DNA of 64,000 bases from Planktothrix sp. GU0601_MAG3 (lineage in GTDB: Bacteria > Cyanobacteriota > Cyanobacteriia > Cyanobacteriales > Microcoleaceae), in the NCBI GenBank assembly GCA_035193785.1, contig CP136572.1, positions 4,404,578 to 4,468,577 of the forward strand. Reading direction: 5' to 3'. This document shows, piece by piece, positions 34,948-49,491 of this stretch (position 1 is its first letter; the number at the start of each line of letters is the position of its first letter). The translations under genes were made by a program, and so were the position numbers. The notes beneath the pieces are model-generated. The model ran no database searches, had not been told where the DNA came from, and saw only the letters and a program-made list of their open reading frames with translations.

Positions 34948-35295
34948 ATGACACAAGAAAAAGGATTTGGTTTCGGTCTGGGCAAAATGAAGGAACTGGC
35001 TGAGGCGTTTAAAAAGGCGCAGCAAGTTCAAGAAGGGGCAAAAAAGCTCCAAGAAGACCTGGATCAGTTGGAAATTTTGGGGGAAGCGGGGGGGGGCTTA
35101 GTTAAGGTATATCTGAGTGGAAACCAAGAACCTCGTCGGGTGGAAATTTCACCGGATGTTTTAGGCGAAGGTGCTGAGGTACTCTCTGCTCTGGTTCTGG
35201 TTGCCATGCAGGAAGCCTATCGTAACTCCACTGCCACCATGCGCGAACGGATGGAAGAACTGACCGGGGGTTTGAATTTACCCGGGTTCGGTTAG
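34948..35295 (+). CDS. YbaB/EbfC nucleoid-associated protein
   Basis: [25 protein letters not shown]. Confidence 0.88.
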   Translation: MTQEKGFGFGLGKMKELAEAFKKAQQVQEGAKKLQEDLDQLEILGEAGGGLVKVYLSGNQEPRRVEISPDVLGEGAEVLSALVLVAMQEAYRNSTATMRERMEELTGGLNLPGFG

Positions 35296-35435
35296 GGTAC
35301 ACGGCAATAACCCATAAATCTCAAACAAGGCAGTGCCAGCGTCCTCGCTGGCTGTGTTTTTAGATTCCAAGTAGGACAAATTATTGGTCAGATCCCGAAT
35401 TTTGGGGCGCGACTTTTGAGTTAAATTCTTCACTT

Positions 35436-35939
35436 ATGCCTTACAAATTATTATTTGTGTGTCTTGGTAATATTTGCCGTTCTCCATCGGCGGAAAATAT
35501 TATGAATCATTTGATTAATCAGGCAAATTTGAGCGATCGGATTGTTTGTGACTCTGCGGGAACATCAAGTTATCATATTGGCAGTTCTCCCGACCGACGC
35601 ATGACTCAAGCTGCCAACCAAAAGGGAATTACCATGACGGGAAAAGCTCGTCAATTTAAGCGAGATGATTTTGAACGATTTGATTTAATTTTAGCTATGG
35701 ATCAGGAGAATTATGAAAATATTCTCTACCTTGATTCTTTAGGAAAATATCGCCATAAAGTTAAGTTGATGTGTGATTTTTGTCGCCATCATAGCCTCAA
35801 AGAAGTTCCCGATCCCTATTACGGAGGGACGGAAGGGTTTAATCAGGTGATTGATTTATTATTAGATTCCTGTGGGGGCTTGTTAGAGTTTATTATCGAA
35901 TCTAATCAATATCTCCCAACAAATAATCAAGAAATGTAA
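35436..35939 (+). CDS. Low-molecular-weight protein-tyrosine phosphatase
   Basis: LFVCLGNICRS, DSAGT, ILAMD, VPDPYYG. Confidence 0.95.
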   Translation: MPYKLLFVCLGNICRSPSAENIMNHLINQANLSDRIVCDSAGTSSYHIGSSPDRRMTQAANQKGITMTGKARQFKRDDFERFDLILAMDQENYENILYLDSLGKYRHKVKLMCDFCRHHSLKEVPDPYYGGTEGFNQVIDLLLDSCGGLLEFIIESNQYLPTNNQEM

Positions 35940-36210
35940 AAATAGTTAGGGAAATTGTATAGATTTATTAAGTTTACTTGACTTTTATTAAAAAATGGCA
36001 GTAAAAAATTGAGATTTTGGATAAAGTTGGTCAAAATTAGTTAAGGCTACTTATCGCTATAAACTGTCAAGAAATTATATTCCCGCTCCTCTAAGGACAA
36101 GTTCCCTATCAAAATTGATCTGAACAATTCCCCAGCAATTTAGGAATCAAACGTCCGGTGATTTTCCGGTAAAATACTAAGAATAATATTCACCCTGTGT
36201 AACAGTAATT

Positions 36211-37198
36211 TTGAGTGTGGCTAATTCTAACCGAAAACCGATTCTCCTTGACTTTGAAAAGCCTCTAGTTGAACTAGAAAGTCGCATTGACCAAATTCGT
36301 CAATTAGCGAATGAAAATGGTGTGGATGTGTCCGAAGAAATCCGACAACTGGAAGCCCGCGCCAACCAACTGCGACAGGAAATTTTCAGTGGTTTATCTC
36401 CCTTACAAAGACTACAACTAGCTCGCCATCCCCGTCGCCCCAGTACCCTAGATTATGTTCAGGCGATCACCGATGAATGGATGGAACTGCATGGCGATCG
36501 CCGGGGTTATGACGATCCGGCGTTGGTGGGAGGTGTGGCCCGTTTGGGCGGACAACCCGTAGTTATCCTCGGTCATCAGAAAGGACGGGATACCAAAGAT
36601 AATGTCGCCCGCAATTTTGGCATGGCCGCCCCCGGAGGTTATCGGAAAGCCATGCGCCTGATGGAACACGCTAACCGTTTTGGAATGCCGATTCTGACCT
36701 TTATTGATACTCCGGGGGCTTGGGCGGGAGTGGACGCGGAAAAATTGGGCCAAGGAGAAGCGATCGCCTATAACCTCCGAGAAATGTTTGATTTAGAGGT
36801 TCCAATTATCTGTACTGTGATTGGTGAGGGCGGTTTCCGGTGGAGCTTTAGGCATTGGTGTGGGTGAAAAACTGCTGATGTTGGAATATTCCGTTTATAC
36901 TGTGGCCACCCCCGAAGCCTGCGCCGCGATTTTGTGGAAAGATGCAGGTCAATCGCCACAAGCAGCCCAGGCCTTGAAAATTACCTCAAAAGACCTGAAA
37001 CAATTAGGTATTATTGATCAAATTGTACCCGAACCCGATGGAGGTGCCCATAGCAACCCCTTAAAAGCAGCAGAACTACTGAAAAAGGCTTTAATTCAAT
37101 CCTTGGGGGAACTTTTGGCTTTAACCGCCGGGCAACGTCAAGAAATGCGCTATCAAAAGTTTAGAAATATTGGAGTTTTTGCCGAAGCCAAGGTTTAA
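36211..37198 (+). CDS. accA: Acetyl-CoA carboxylase carboxyltransferase alpha (+1 base at 36833-36837)
   Basis: LDFEKP, ARHPRRP, GYRKAMR, FIDTPGA; corrected GEGGSGGAL. Confidence 0.96.
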
Positions 37199-37257
37199 AT
37201 CATCAATAATACCAGGGAAGAAAAGGCAGCATTTAAACAACCCAAATAGTTAAATGT

Positions 37258-38826
37258 ATGACTAATAAAATTCCTTTAGAAGTTAAAATTAGTGGTTCAT
37301 TTTTTGCCCTGGTATTTGCTATTGTTTTTCTAGGTTTCTATGGAGTTTCCCGTCTGAATAGGCAGATTGAAACCTTGGGTTATACTGTAATTCCCAGTAT
37401 TAGGGGTTTAGATAAAATTAATGAAGGACAAACCCAAATCCAATCCGCAGAACGGTTATTAATCAACCCTTTATTAACAGAAGAAGAACGAGAACAAGAA
37501 TTAAACCGCATTAAAAAGGCGTGGTCACAAATTAATCAGGGATTTGAAGAATACGAAAAAACCGAACAAACCGAAGCCGAAAAAAACAGCTATGAACAGT
37601 TTTTAATTGGTTGGGAGCAATGGCGTCAGTCCCACGAAGATTATTTAGCATTAGAAGCCAAATATAATCAATTGGGTATAACTAACCCTTGGAACAGTTT
37701 ACTACTTGTAAAGGAGCAAAAAACGGTTAATTCTGCTGAACTTGAAAAAGTAGATGCCGCTTTCAAATTAAGGCTAGAACTAGATAAAATTGATCAGGAA
37801 AACCGGAAAAGGTATTACTTGGCAGAGCAATCTCTTGTACCAGTTTTAGAAATCAATAATAAATTGGGTGAATTAACCAAACAAGAGGCTATTAATGATG
37901 TTAAAACCATTAGTTTTTTGATGATAGTGGCGATTATTATTTGTCCTGCTATAGCTTTGATATTAGGAAAAATTTTAAGTCGAGGGATTATTAACCCGAT
38001 TCTAAATAGTATTAATCAGATCGCCAATTCTTCCAGTCAAATTGCCGCCACTATCGAAGAACAAGAACGAATTACGGCTCAACAAGCAACTGCGGTGAAT
38101 CAAACCACAATCACCATTGATGAATTAGGATCGTCTTCTCGCCAGTCGGCGGAGAAAGCCAAACTCGTGGCTAATAATGCTATTGAAGTCGCTCATATTT
38201 CCGAAGAAAATAAAAAACTGGTTCAAAAAACTTTAGCCGGAATTTCTGCCTTGCAATCTACAGTGGAACAAATTTCTAATAAGATGACGGGTTTAGATGA
38301 CCAAATGAATCAAATTGGTGTAATTACTAACTTAGTCACTGATTTAGCCAATCAAACTAATATGTTAGCGTTGAATGCTTCTATTGAAGCGGTGAGAGCC
38401 GGAGAATATGGGAAAGGATTTGCCGTCGTCGCCGGAGAAATTCGCAAATTAGCCGATCAAAGTAAAAGTTCTGCGACTCAAATTAATCATTTAATTAGCG
38501 AAACTCAAAAATCCCTGCAAACAACAGTTTCCGTAACCGCATCGGGCAAAAAAAACGCCGTGGAGGGGATTGAATTATCCCAACAAACCGCTAGGGCTCT
38601 GGAAGGGTTGTTTAATGGGATTAATGATGTAATGATGATTAATCAGGAAATTGCCTTAACTTCCCAACAACAAGCGATGGCAGTGGAACAACTGATCACC
38701 GCCATAAACCAGATCAACCAAGGGACTCAACAAAGCGTCTTGGGAATTGGGGAAACCCGTGTTAGTGTTCAAGAAATCAACCAAGTCGCCGTTAACCTTC
38801 AGAACCTGGCGGGAAAAACAAGTTGA
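37258..38826 (+). CDS. Methyl-accepting chemotaxis protein (4-helix-bundle sensor), orphan
   Basis: Two TMs, [27 protein letters not shown]. Confidence 0.92.
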   Translation: MTNKIPLEVKISGSFFALVFAIVFLGFYGVSRLNRQIETLGYTVIPSIRGLDKINEGQTQIQSAERLLINPLLTEEEREQELNRIKKAWSQINQGFEEYEKTEQTEAEKNSYEQFLIGWEQWRQSHEDYLALEAKYNQLGITNPWNSLLLVKEQKTVNSAELEKVDAAFKLRLELDKIDQENRKRYYLAEQSLVPVLEINNKLGELTKQEAINDVKTISFLMIVAIIICPAIALILGKILSRGIINPILNSINQIANSSSQIAATIEEQERITAQQATAVNQTTITIDELGSSSRQSAEKAKLVANNAIEVAHISEENKKLVQKTLAGISALQSTVEQISNKMTGLDDQMNQIGVITNLVTDLANQTNMLALNASIEAVRAGEYGKGFAVVAGEIRKLADQSKSSATQINHLISETQKSLQTTVSVTASGKKNAVEGIELSQQTARALEGLFNGINDVMMINQEIALTSQQQAMAVEQLITAINQINQGTQQSVLGIGETRVSVQEINQVAVNLQNLAGKTS

Positions 38827-39034
38827 GTTACTCGAAGATGGGAACGTTTCCCCGAAAATCCCAAATCCTTAATTCCTTTGGTGATATACTTAAATATAGT
38901 AACAAATCTTTACATATTTCTCGGATTCAGCAGTTTATAGATTTGTGACATCAGTTTGTCGTGCAAGCGTCCTCGCTCGCTGAAATCTGCGTCCTCGATC
39001 GCTGGCATGATCGAAAACCTAACAGGTACACCGA

Positions 39035-39757
39035 ATGAGCCTCGTGCAAAAAAGAGCCTTGATCACAGGAGCCAGTAGTGGCATCGGTCGGGCAACAGCC
39101 CTAAGCTTTGCTAGAGCCGGAATTGACATTGCATTGGTCAGTCGCCATCAGGAGCGCTTAGAGGTTGTGGCCGAAGAAGCGCGTAATTTGGGAGTGGAGG
39201 CGAAAGCCTTCCCGCTTGATTTGGCGAAAGTTGAACAAGTCCATGCTCAAATTGATAGTATTGTGGCTGCTTTTGGTCAAGTCAATATCCTGGTCAATAA
39301 TGCCGGGATAGGATACACCGGAGACTTAATTGATACATCCCTAGCGGACTGGCAACGGGTGATCGACTTAAACTTAACCAGCGTATTCCAGTGCATAAAA
39401 GGGGTTTTACCAGGGATGCGAGACCAAGGAAGTGGAACCATTATTAATGTTGTCTCGATTGCTGGTCTACAAGCTTTTCCTAACTGGGGTGCTTACTGCG
39501 TGAGTAAATTTGGTTTAATGGCACTATCCAAAACCTTAGCCATGGAAGAACGAGCCCATGGAATTCGGGTCACGGCTATCTGTCCTGGTTCGGTGAATAC
39601 TCCCATCTGGGATAGCGAAACCGTGAAAGCTGACTTTGATCGCTCCGCCATGCTGACACCGGAGATTGTAGCCGAGTCAATTCTCCATGTGGCATTATTA
39701 CCCACCGCTGCGGTTATTGAAGAACTAACCCTAATGCCGAGCGTCGGCACGTTTTGA
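39035..39757 (+). CDS. SDR oxidoreductase
   Basis: TGASSGIG, NNAG, YCVSK. Confidence 0.93.
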   Translation: MSLVQKRALITGASSGIGRATALSFARAGIDIALVSRHQERLEVVAEEARNLGVEAKAFPLDLAKVEQVHAQIDSIVAAFGQVNILVNNAGIGYTGDLIDTSLADWQRVIDLNLTSVFQCIKGVLPGMRDQGSGTIINVVSIAGLQAFPNWGAYCVSKFGLMALSKTLAMEERAHGIRVTAICPGSVNTPIWDSETVKADFDRSAMLTPEIVAESILHVALLPTAAVIEELTLMPSVGTF

Positions 39758-39825
39758 ATCGTTTTCAATATCGATTTTAAAACCGTTTAACTTTGTTGTT
39801 TCTAAACCTTGATTCAAGATACACC

Positions 39826-40515
39826 ATGACTATCTTATCCGACACCAATGGCCTCAAAAATGAGAACACCACTGGGTTTTCGATTCGACCAGATCGGACT
39901 TTATCCTATGGCCAAAGCACCCAATCCCAAGCCGACTCAGAGGTGAGTGACGAGGAAATGATGAATGCTGTTCGCACCATGCTTTTAGGAGTGGGTGAAG
40001 ATCCTGAACGGGAAGGGTTACTCAAAACCCCGAAACGGGTAGCTGAAGCCATGCGTTTTCTCACCAGTGGCTATAATCAATCCCTGGAAGAATTGGTGAA
40101 TGGGGCTATTTTTGATGAAGGCCATGAAGAAATGGTGCTGGTACGCGATATCACCTTTTTCAGTATGTGCGAACACCATATGTTACCTTTCATGGGTCGG
40201 GCGCACGTTGCCTATATTCCCAATCAAAAGGTGATTGGGTTAAGCAAACTGGCTAGAATCGTGGAAATGTACAGCCGTCGCTTACAAGTTCAAGAACGTT
40301 TAACTCGCCAAATTGCGGAATCAATTCAAACCGTCCTGGAACCCCAAGGGGTCGCCGTGGTCATGGAAGCCACCCATATGTGTATGGCGATGCGAGGGGT
40401 GCAAAAACCCGGGTCTTGGACAGTTACTAGCGCTATGGTTGGTTTATTCCAAGATGAACAGAAAACCCGTGAAGAATTCCTGAATTTGATTCGCCACCAA
40501 CCCGCATTTTTCTAA
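39826..40515 (+). CDS. folE: GTP cyclohydrolase I
   Basis: [37 protein letters not shown]. Confidence 0.96.
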   Translation: MTILSDTNGLKNENTTGFSIRPDRTLSYGQSTQSQADSEVSDEEMMNAVRTMLLGVGEDPEREGLLKTPKRVAEAMRFLTSGYNQSLEELVNGAIFDEGHEEMVLVRDITFFSMCEHHMLPFMGRAHVAYIPNQKVIGLSKLARIVEMYSRRLQVQERLTRQIAESIQTVLEPQGVAVVMEATHMCMAMRGVQKPGSWTVTSAMVGLFQDEQKTREEFLNLIRHQPAFF

Positions 40516-40656
40516 CGAACTAGGGATATTATTCCTGAATTAAGAATGTAGGATTGAGGATTAAGAGATATTTAACTTATGCTGGAAAAAGCCGAAAAGC
40601 TATAATTCTTAATTCTTAATTCTTAATTCTTAGTTCACTTTTAACCTTGAAAATTC

Positions 40657-42093
40657 ATGATCCCTCAACCCATTAAGTTTGGAAACCGATGGCTGGCGCG
40701 GTGTGATTGCTGCGGACTTTACCTTTGAACGGGTGGCTTTAGTCGCCCCCATTGCCGCTCAGATTCTCTATCAAACCTACGGAGAAACAACCGGAAGCCG
40801 GACGATTATTGTGGGCTATGATCGGCGCTTTTTAGCCGAGGAATTTGCCCAATGTGCGGCGATCGCCATCCAATCGGCGGGATTTAATGTCAAACTCAGT
40901 GAAACCTACGCTCCGACTCCGGCTTTTTCCCTAATCGCCCATGAACAAAAGGCTTTAGGGGCAATTGTGTTAACGGCTAGTCATAACCCGGGTAAATATT
41001 TGGGCTTAAAAGTCAAAGGAGCTTTTGGCGGTTCGGTGGGGCCAGAAATTACCCAACAAATTGAAGCCCTATTAGATAAAGCGCAAATTTTTGAGACAAC
41101 CCCTGGAACTTTAGAACTATTTAATCCCTGGCCGAGTTATTGCCAAACCCTGCGTTCTAAGGTAGATGTTCTGGCAATTCAAGAGGCAATTAATCAAGGA
41201 AAATTAACGGTTTTTGCTGATGTGATGCACGGGGCGGCGACCGGAGGATTAACCCAATTATTGGGAGATAATATTCACGAAATTAATACCGATCGTGATC
41301 CCTATTTTGGCGGTGGGGCGCCGGAACCCTTACCCCGTTATATTCCTAAATTGTTTGAACAATTAGAATTCCATCGCGCTAATAACGGTGGTTTAGCCAT
41401 TGGATTTGTGTTTGATGGTGATAGTGATCGGATTGCTGCGGTCGATCAAAATGGCAATTTTCTCAGTTCTCAAATTTTAATTCCGGTATTAATTGAACAT
41501 TTATCAACTCGTCGAGGATTTACCGGAGAAATTGTTAAAACCGTGAGTGGTTCCGATTTAATTCCTCGGATTGCTAAATTATTTAATTTATCGCTGTATG
41601 AAACGGCGATCGGTTATAAATATATTGCCGATCGGATGTTAACTACGGAGGTTTTAGTCGGGGGTGAAGAATCGGGGGGTGTGGGCTATGGAACCCATAT
41701 TCCCGAACGGGATGCGTTGTTATCGGCGCTGTATGTCTTAGAAGCCATGGTGCAGTCGGGGGAAGATCCGACGCAAACCTATCAACGTTTACAGGCACAA
41801 ACGGGATTTGATTCGGCCTATGATCGGATTGATTTACCCTTAGCGAGTATGGATGTGCGATCGCGTCTGGTAGAAAAATTACAAACTCAACCTTTACAGG
41901 AAATTGCTGGACAAGCTGTGGTTGATTGTTTAACCGTAGATGGCTACAAATACCGCCTTGCAGATAGTCGCTGGTTATTAATTCGCTTTAGTGGGACAGA
42001 AAACCCGTGCTGCGTCTTTATTGTGAAGCTCCCAACATCGATCTGGTTCACGAAACCCTGGCCTGGGCCAAGGATTGGGCGAATCAGCCTTAA
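40657..42093 (+). CDS. Phosphoglucomutase/phosphomannomutase (extra bases at 40682-40686 and 41999-42004)
   Basis: Corrected IKFGTDGWR, TASHNP, DGDSDR, GGEESGG, SGTEPVLRLYCE. Confidence 0.92.
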
Positions 42094-42280
42094 TTGGATG
42101 CTGTAGGGTGCGTAAGATCTGCTCGCACGCACCATCTTTCAACAACGCACCCCCTGGCTCAACAAAAATCCCATCTAGCCCTGAAGGGCTTACTACGAGT
42201 CGCCAGATCAATTCAGGTGATTCTAACCAAAATCTCATCTAGCCCTGAAGGGCTTACTACGACAATATCTAACAATTAAC

Positions 42281-42875
42281 ATGACAAAACAAACATTAAT
42301 TGTTGCAACCGGAAACCCAGGCAAACTAAAGGAAATGCAGGCTTATTTGGAGGATTTAGAGATTGAATTGCAGCTTAAACCTCAAGATTTAGAAGTAGAA
42401 GAAACTGGAAAAACCTTTATTGAGAATGCAGCCTTAAAAGCATCCCAAGTTGCATTAGCGACGGGAGAATGGGCGATCGCCGATGATTCAGGATTGGCTG
42501 TAGAAGCCCTAAATGGAGCACCGGGAATCTATTCTGCCCGTTACGCCTCCACCGAAGCCGAATGTATTGTGCGACTCCTCAAGGAATTGGGAGAGCACCC
42601 TAACCGTAATGCTGAATTCGTTTGTGCGGTGGCGATCGCCCGTCCCGATGGTTCTATTGCGGTAGAATACCAAGGAACTTGTCAAGGAAGCATCACACAG
42701 GAAACCCGTGGGAGTCGGGGGTTTTGGTTACGATCCGATTTTTTACGTTCCCCAGGCTAACATGACCTTTGCCCAAATGCCTGCGGAGTTAAAACATAAA
42801 ATTTCCCACCGGGGGCAAGCCTTTCAAGGGATTTTACCCCAACTTCAAGGTTTATTAAAAATGGGATTGTCCTAA
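42281..42875 (+). CDS. rdgB: Non-canonical purine NTP pyrophosphatase (+1 base at 42701-42705)
   Basis: [30 protein letters not shown]; corrected GFGYDPIF...SHRG. Confidence 0.93.
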
Positions 42876-42979
42876 TTGCGGGATGCACCATGACCGTGAT
42901 ATTAATGCAGCAAATAACATTTTAGCGACAGGACTTACCGTTTCAGCTTGCCTAACTTATACACGAACAATATAAAACT

Positions 42980-44068
42980 ATGCACAAATACGGTTCTTTG
43001 CTAGTAGCAATCTCACTATTAGTGGCGCCCCTAACAGCCTGTGAATCATCCAATTCTACCAACACTGGTACAACTTCATCTGGGGAAAACTCAACGGCTG
43101 CTAAAGGAGGGACGGGTCAAAGTCGTCTTGATATTGTCAAGCAAAGGGGAAAGCTAATCTGTGGAGTTGATGGCAAAATTCCTGGATTCAGCTTTGTGAA
43201 TGAAAGTGGCCAATATTCTGGCTTAGATGTGGATGTTTGTAAAGCTGTTGCTGCGGCGGTTTTTGGTGACCCCAATGCGGTTGAATATCGGAATTTGGAT
43301 TCTACAGAAAGATTTGAAGCCTTAAAATCGGGGGAAGTGGATATGCTCTCGCGGAATACTACCTGGACGATTAGCCGTGATACCTCCGTTGGCCTAGAAT
43401 TTGCCCCAACTACATTCTACGATGGCCAGGGGATGATGGTTCGCCAAGATAGCGGGATTACTAAATTAGAAGATTTAGCCGGAAAAGCCGTTTGTGTTGA
43501 GGCGGGAACCACCACCGAACTGAACCTAACTGATGCCCTACGCCAAAGAAATGTCAAAGCTGAAACCGTTACCTTCCAACAGGCTGATCCAGCCTATGCG
43601 GCCTATGTGGAAGGTCGATGTCAAGGAATGACTTCGGACAAATCCCAACTGGTCGCCCGTCGTAGTACCCTTCCTAACCCCGACGATCATATTCTTCTCG
43701 ATGTTACGATGTCTAAGGAACCCCTGGGCCCAGTAACAGTTAATAATGATTCCGCTTGGTTTGATGTGGTGAAATGGACAACTTATGCTTTGATTGATGC
43801 GGAAGAATTGGGAATCAATCAAGGGAATGTTGATCAACTAAAAACCAGTGATAATCCCAATATTAAACGATTTTTAGGAACAGAAGGTGACCTAGGAAAA
43901 GGTGCCGGATTAAGTAATGATTTTGCGGCCAATGCGGTTAAGGCCGTTGGTAATTATGGTGAAGTTTATGAACGCAACTTAGGTCAAGGTTCACAATTTA
44001 AACTGCCTCGGGGACAAAATGCCCTATGGACAAATGGCGGTTTGATGTATTCTCCACCCCTGCGCTAA
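42980..44068 (+). CDS. Amino-acid ABC transporter substrate-binding lipoprotein (AapJ/NatF-like)
   Basis: Lipobox LTAC, RNTTWTISRD, FYDGQG, SKEPLGP, VGNYGEVYERN. Confidence 0.92.
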   Translation: MHKYGSLLVAISLLVAPLTACESSNSTNTGTTSSGENSTAAKGGTGQSRLDIVKQRGKLICGVDGKIPGFSFVNESGQYSGLDVDVCKAVAAAVFGDPNAVEYRNLDSTERFEALKSGEVDMLSRNTTWTISRDTSVGLEFAPTTFYDGQGMMVRQDSGITKLEDLAGKAVCVEAGTTTELNLTDALRQRNVKAETVTFQQADPAYAAYVEGRCQGMTSDKSQLVARRSTLPNPDDHILLDVTMSKEPLGPVTVNNDSAWFDVVKWTTYALIDAEELGINQGNVDQLKTSDNPNIKRFLGTEGDLGKGAGLSNDFAANAVKAVGNYGEVYERNLGQGSQFKLPRGQNALWTNGGLMYSPPLR

Positions 44069-44251
44069 AGTCAGTTATCGGTTATCAGTTATCAGTTATC
44101 AGTTTAAGAGTTAAGAGTTAAGAAGTATTTACGTTGTTTCTAATGACCAAAATCCTGATTTTATCGATTTTAATGATTCCTAATTAATGAAATGGGCGAT
44201 GTTTTCTCGCCCCTACTGATAACTGATTACTGTTTACTGATAACTGATTTT

Positions 44252-45412
44252 ATGACTAACGTTGATCAGAAAGTTCCCCTTTGGCGAGATGAAAGATTTT
44301 GGCGAATTGCCTTACAGGTTTTGGTGATTTTGATTGTAGTTAGTGTATTTGCCCTTTTGGGAGGAAACCTAACTCGAAATCTGAGCAAAACTGGTAGTGG
44401 TTTTGGCTTTGATTTTTTAGGCACATCGGCGGGATTTAATATTCTTGATAGTTTAATTCCCTATACTCCAACTGATCCTTATATTCTGGTTTTATTCGCT
44501 GGATTATTGAATTCTTTGCGGGTGATGTTTTTTGGGATTATTCTGACAACTTTATTAGGAATTACCGTTGGTATTGCCCGTTTTTCTGATAATTGGCTTT
44601 TGCGTAAATTATCGTTTATTTATGTAGAAATTGTTAGAAATACTCCCCTATTATTACAACTGGTTTTTTGGTATGGGGTTTTTGTGCAACTTCCGCCTAT
44701 CAAGGAAAGTTTCATATTTTTAAATTCTATTTTCTTTTCTAAGCAAGGAATTTTTATGCCTTGGCCGTCAGGAATGCAAGGAATAATTGGATTTGGGGTG
44801 TTATTGATTTGTGCGATCGCCACCCTAATTACCTGGAAAAAACGCACAAAAGTTATGATAGAAAGGGGAGAATCTGGACAACCTCAATTAATCAGTTTGG
44901 GAATTATTGGGATCATAGCTTTATTAATATTAACCATCGGATTAAATTGGCAAACTCCAATATTTAATTACACAACAAATAACATTGAAGGAGGATTACG
45001 ACTCACCATTGAATTTACCACACTTTTAGTCGGTTTAGTAGTTTATACGGCGGCTTATATTGCCGAAATTGTGCGGTCGGGAATTCAATCTGTTTCCAAA
45101 GGTCAATGGGAAGCGGCGAGATCCTTGGGCTTACAATCGAGTTTAGTCATGCAGTTAGTCGTATTTCCTCAAGCCCTGCGGGTGATTATACCTCCTTTAA
45201 ATAGTCAATATTTAAACTTAGTAAAAAACTCCAGTTTAGCGATCGCCGTTGCCTATGCTGATATCTATAATGTTTCCACCACTACTTTCAATCAAACGGG
45301 AAAAGCGATTGAAGTCATGTTAATTATTATGGGAACTTACCTGACCATTAATTTATTAATTTCCTTAGCAATGAACCAATTAAACCGCAGTGTTCAGTTA
45401 CGAGAAAGATAA
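44252..45412 (+). CDS. Amino-acid ABC permease (AapQ/NatG-like)
   Basis: RNTPLLLQL, AEIVRSGI, GQWEAARSLG, KNSSLA. Confidence 0.92.
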   Translation: MTNVDQKVPLWRDERFWRIALQVLVILIVVSVFALLGGNLTRNLSKTGSGFGFDFLGTSAGFNILDSLIPYTPTDPYILVLFAGLLNSLRVMFFGIILTTLLGITVGIARFSDNWLLRKLSFIYVEIVRNTPLLLQLVFWYGVFVQLPPIKESFIFLNSIFFSKQGIFMPWPSGMQGIIGFGVLLICAIATLITWKKRTKVMIERGESGQPQLISLGIIGIIALLILTIGLNWQTPIFNYTTNNIEGGLRLTIEFTTLLVGLVVYTAAYIAEIVRSGIQSVSKGQWEAARSLGLQSSLVMQLVVFPQALRVIIPPLNSQYLNLVKNSSLAIAVAYADIYNVSTTTFNQTGKAIEVMLIIMGTYLTINLLISLAMNQLNRSVQLRER

Positions 45413-45413
45413 A

Positions 45414-46301
45414 TTAATCATCAATAAAATCACCTCCAATCTTTTTCCGAATCAAACACTGATTGAGAATATTTTTAATATGATCAACTACAATATTAGT
45501 CTGTTCTACCATAGCTAAATGCCCACAATTGTCAATTTCAATCACATTATTATCCCCCTGACGAAATAGCCAATGAAAGCTGGCTAAATGGCGAACATAT
45601 TGCGGTTCCATAATCAAGTCTTGTCGTCCTGCGATAAAATAAACGGGTTGCCCGAGTCGGGAAACTACCTGCGGTAAACGGTGAACTTCGGTTTCGGTGG
45701 TGGAATCTAATAATGCCCCCAATGCGGCTTCGGGACAAGCTATAACAAAATCAATTAACCTTTGTCGTCCCCACCGTTGGTTGATAGGACAAGAAACTTG
45801 AGCACGAGTAAAGATTAAATCCAATAGCGGTAAATAACATAACCATCGGGGGCGGAATTTCACAATTTTTTCTCCCACGGAACGAAATTTATCAAATTCT
45901 TCTTTCAGGTAAATTCCCCCCCCGGCATTAATACAAATCACGCCCTTCACCTGTTCCGATAGTTTATCCGCCCCTAACAAGGCTATCGTCCCACCGAGGG
46001 AATGACCCACTAACCAGGCATTTTTGATATTCAGGGTTTGTAATAAAATCGCTAAATCTTCGGCGTAGGAAATGGGGGTATAAATGGCTTGTGATGGGTT
46101 TCCCGCCAACAATTGAGAATTCCCAAATCCCCGTAAATCGTAGGACAAACATTGATATTCGGGGGCTAACAGGTCAATGACGGGTTGCCAATAGTGACGA
46201 CTTAGCATCCACCCATGAATAAACACCAGCACACCACCCGATGAAGTTGGTGATGTCAATTCGTAACTGTGTTTTATGCCCCGGATATCGATAGTAGCCA
46301 T
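45414..46301 (-). CDS. Alpha/beta hydrolase
   Basis: FIHGW, YDLRGFG, GHSLGG, CGH. Confidence 0.9.
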   Translation of the reverse strand: MATIDIRGIKHSYELTSPTSSGGVLVFIHGWMLSRHYWQPVIDLLAPEYQCLSYDLRGFGNSQLLAGNPSQAIYTPISYAEDLAILLQTLNIKNAWLVGHSLGGTIALLGADKLSEQVKGVICINAGGGIYLKEEFDKFRSVGEKIVKFRPRWLCYLPLLDLIFTRAQVSCPINQRWGRQRLIDFVIACPEAALGALLDSTTETEVHRLPQVVSRLGQPVYFIAGRQDLIMEPQYVRHLASFHWLFRQGDNNVIEIDNCGHLAMVEQTNIVVDHIKNILNQCLIRKKIGGDFIDD

Positions 46302-46302
46302 A
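46255..46302. repeat. 48-bp direct repeat, copy 1 (5' end of the hydrolase gene)
   Basis: One mismatch to 49337-49384. Confidence 0.9.
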
Positions 46303-46512
46303 ATCCTATCGTATCGGTGAAATGTAATTTCCTCAATACCCTATTGTCGTTCTCTGAAAAATAGAGAGACAATGGAGATGATTGCAAATCATTAATCCGG
46401 CATCCAGATCGTTATTGATTTATTACAGAATTTTATGGCTTTACCAATGCGGTGAAGCTAAGTCCAGCATCTTTTAATATAAATAAAAAGTAAAAAGGAG
46501 CAATTAATCATA

Positions 46513-49256
<2,744 letters not shown>

Positions 49257-49336
49257 CAGCCCAGCCGGGAAGGCAGAGGTCAGCGGTTGTTTTCTGGCTG
49301 GCTTTTGTCTCCTGTCTTGTGCATCGCTATTAGTTC

Positions 49337-49384
49337 GTCAATTCGTAACTGTGTTTTATGCCCCGGATATCAATAGTAGCCATA
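49337..49384. repeat. 48-bp direct repeat, copy 2
   Basis: Matches 46255-46302; encodes MATIDIRGIKHSYELT on the minus strand and then breaks off. Confidence 0.9.
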
Positions 49385-49491
49385 GGCTCATTGTATTATA
49401 AAACTTCACTGAGAATATGGTCAGATCTAGTTAAATCTGCTATGTCATAGCTTTTTTAGTCTAACTAATGTCATTCTACCCATCCCTAATT

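Noticed and set aside
42103..42260. REP-like palindromes (also near 30499, 35335, 38964)
   Set aside because: Common cyanobacterial intergenic repeats with no associated transposase here
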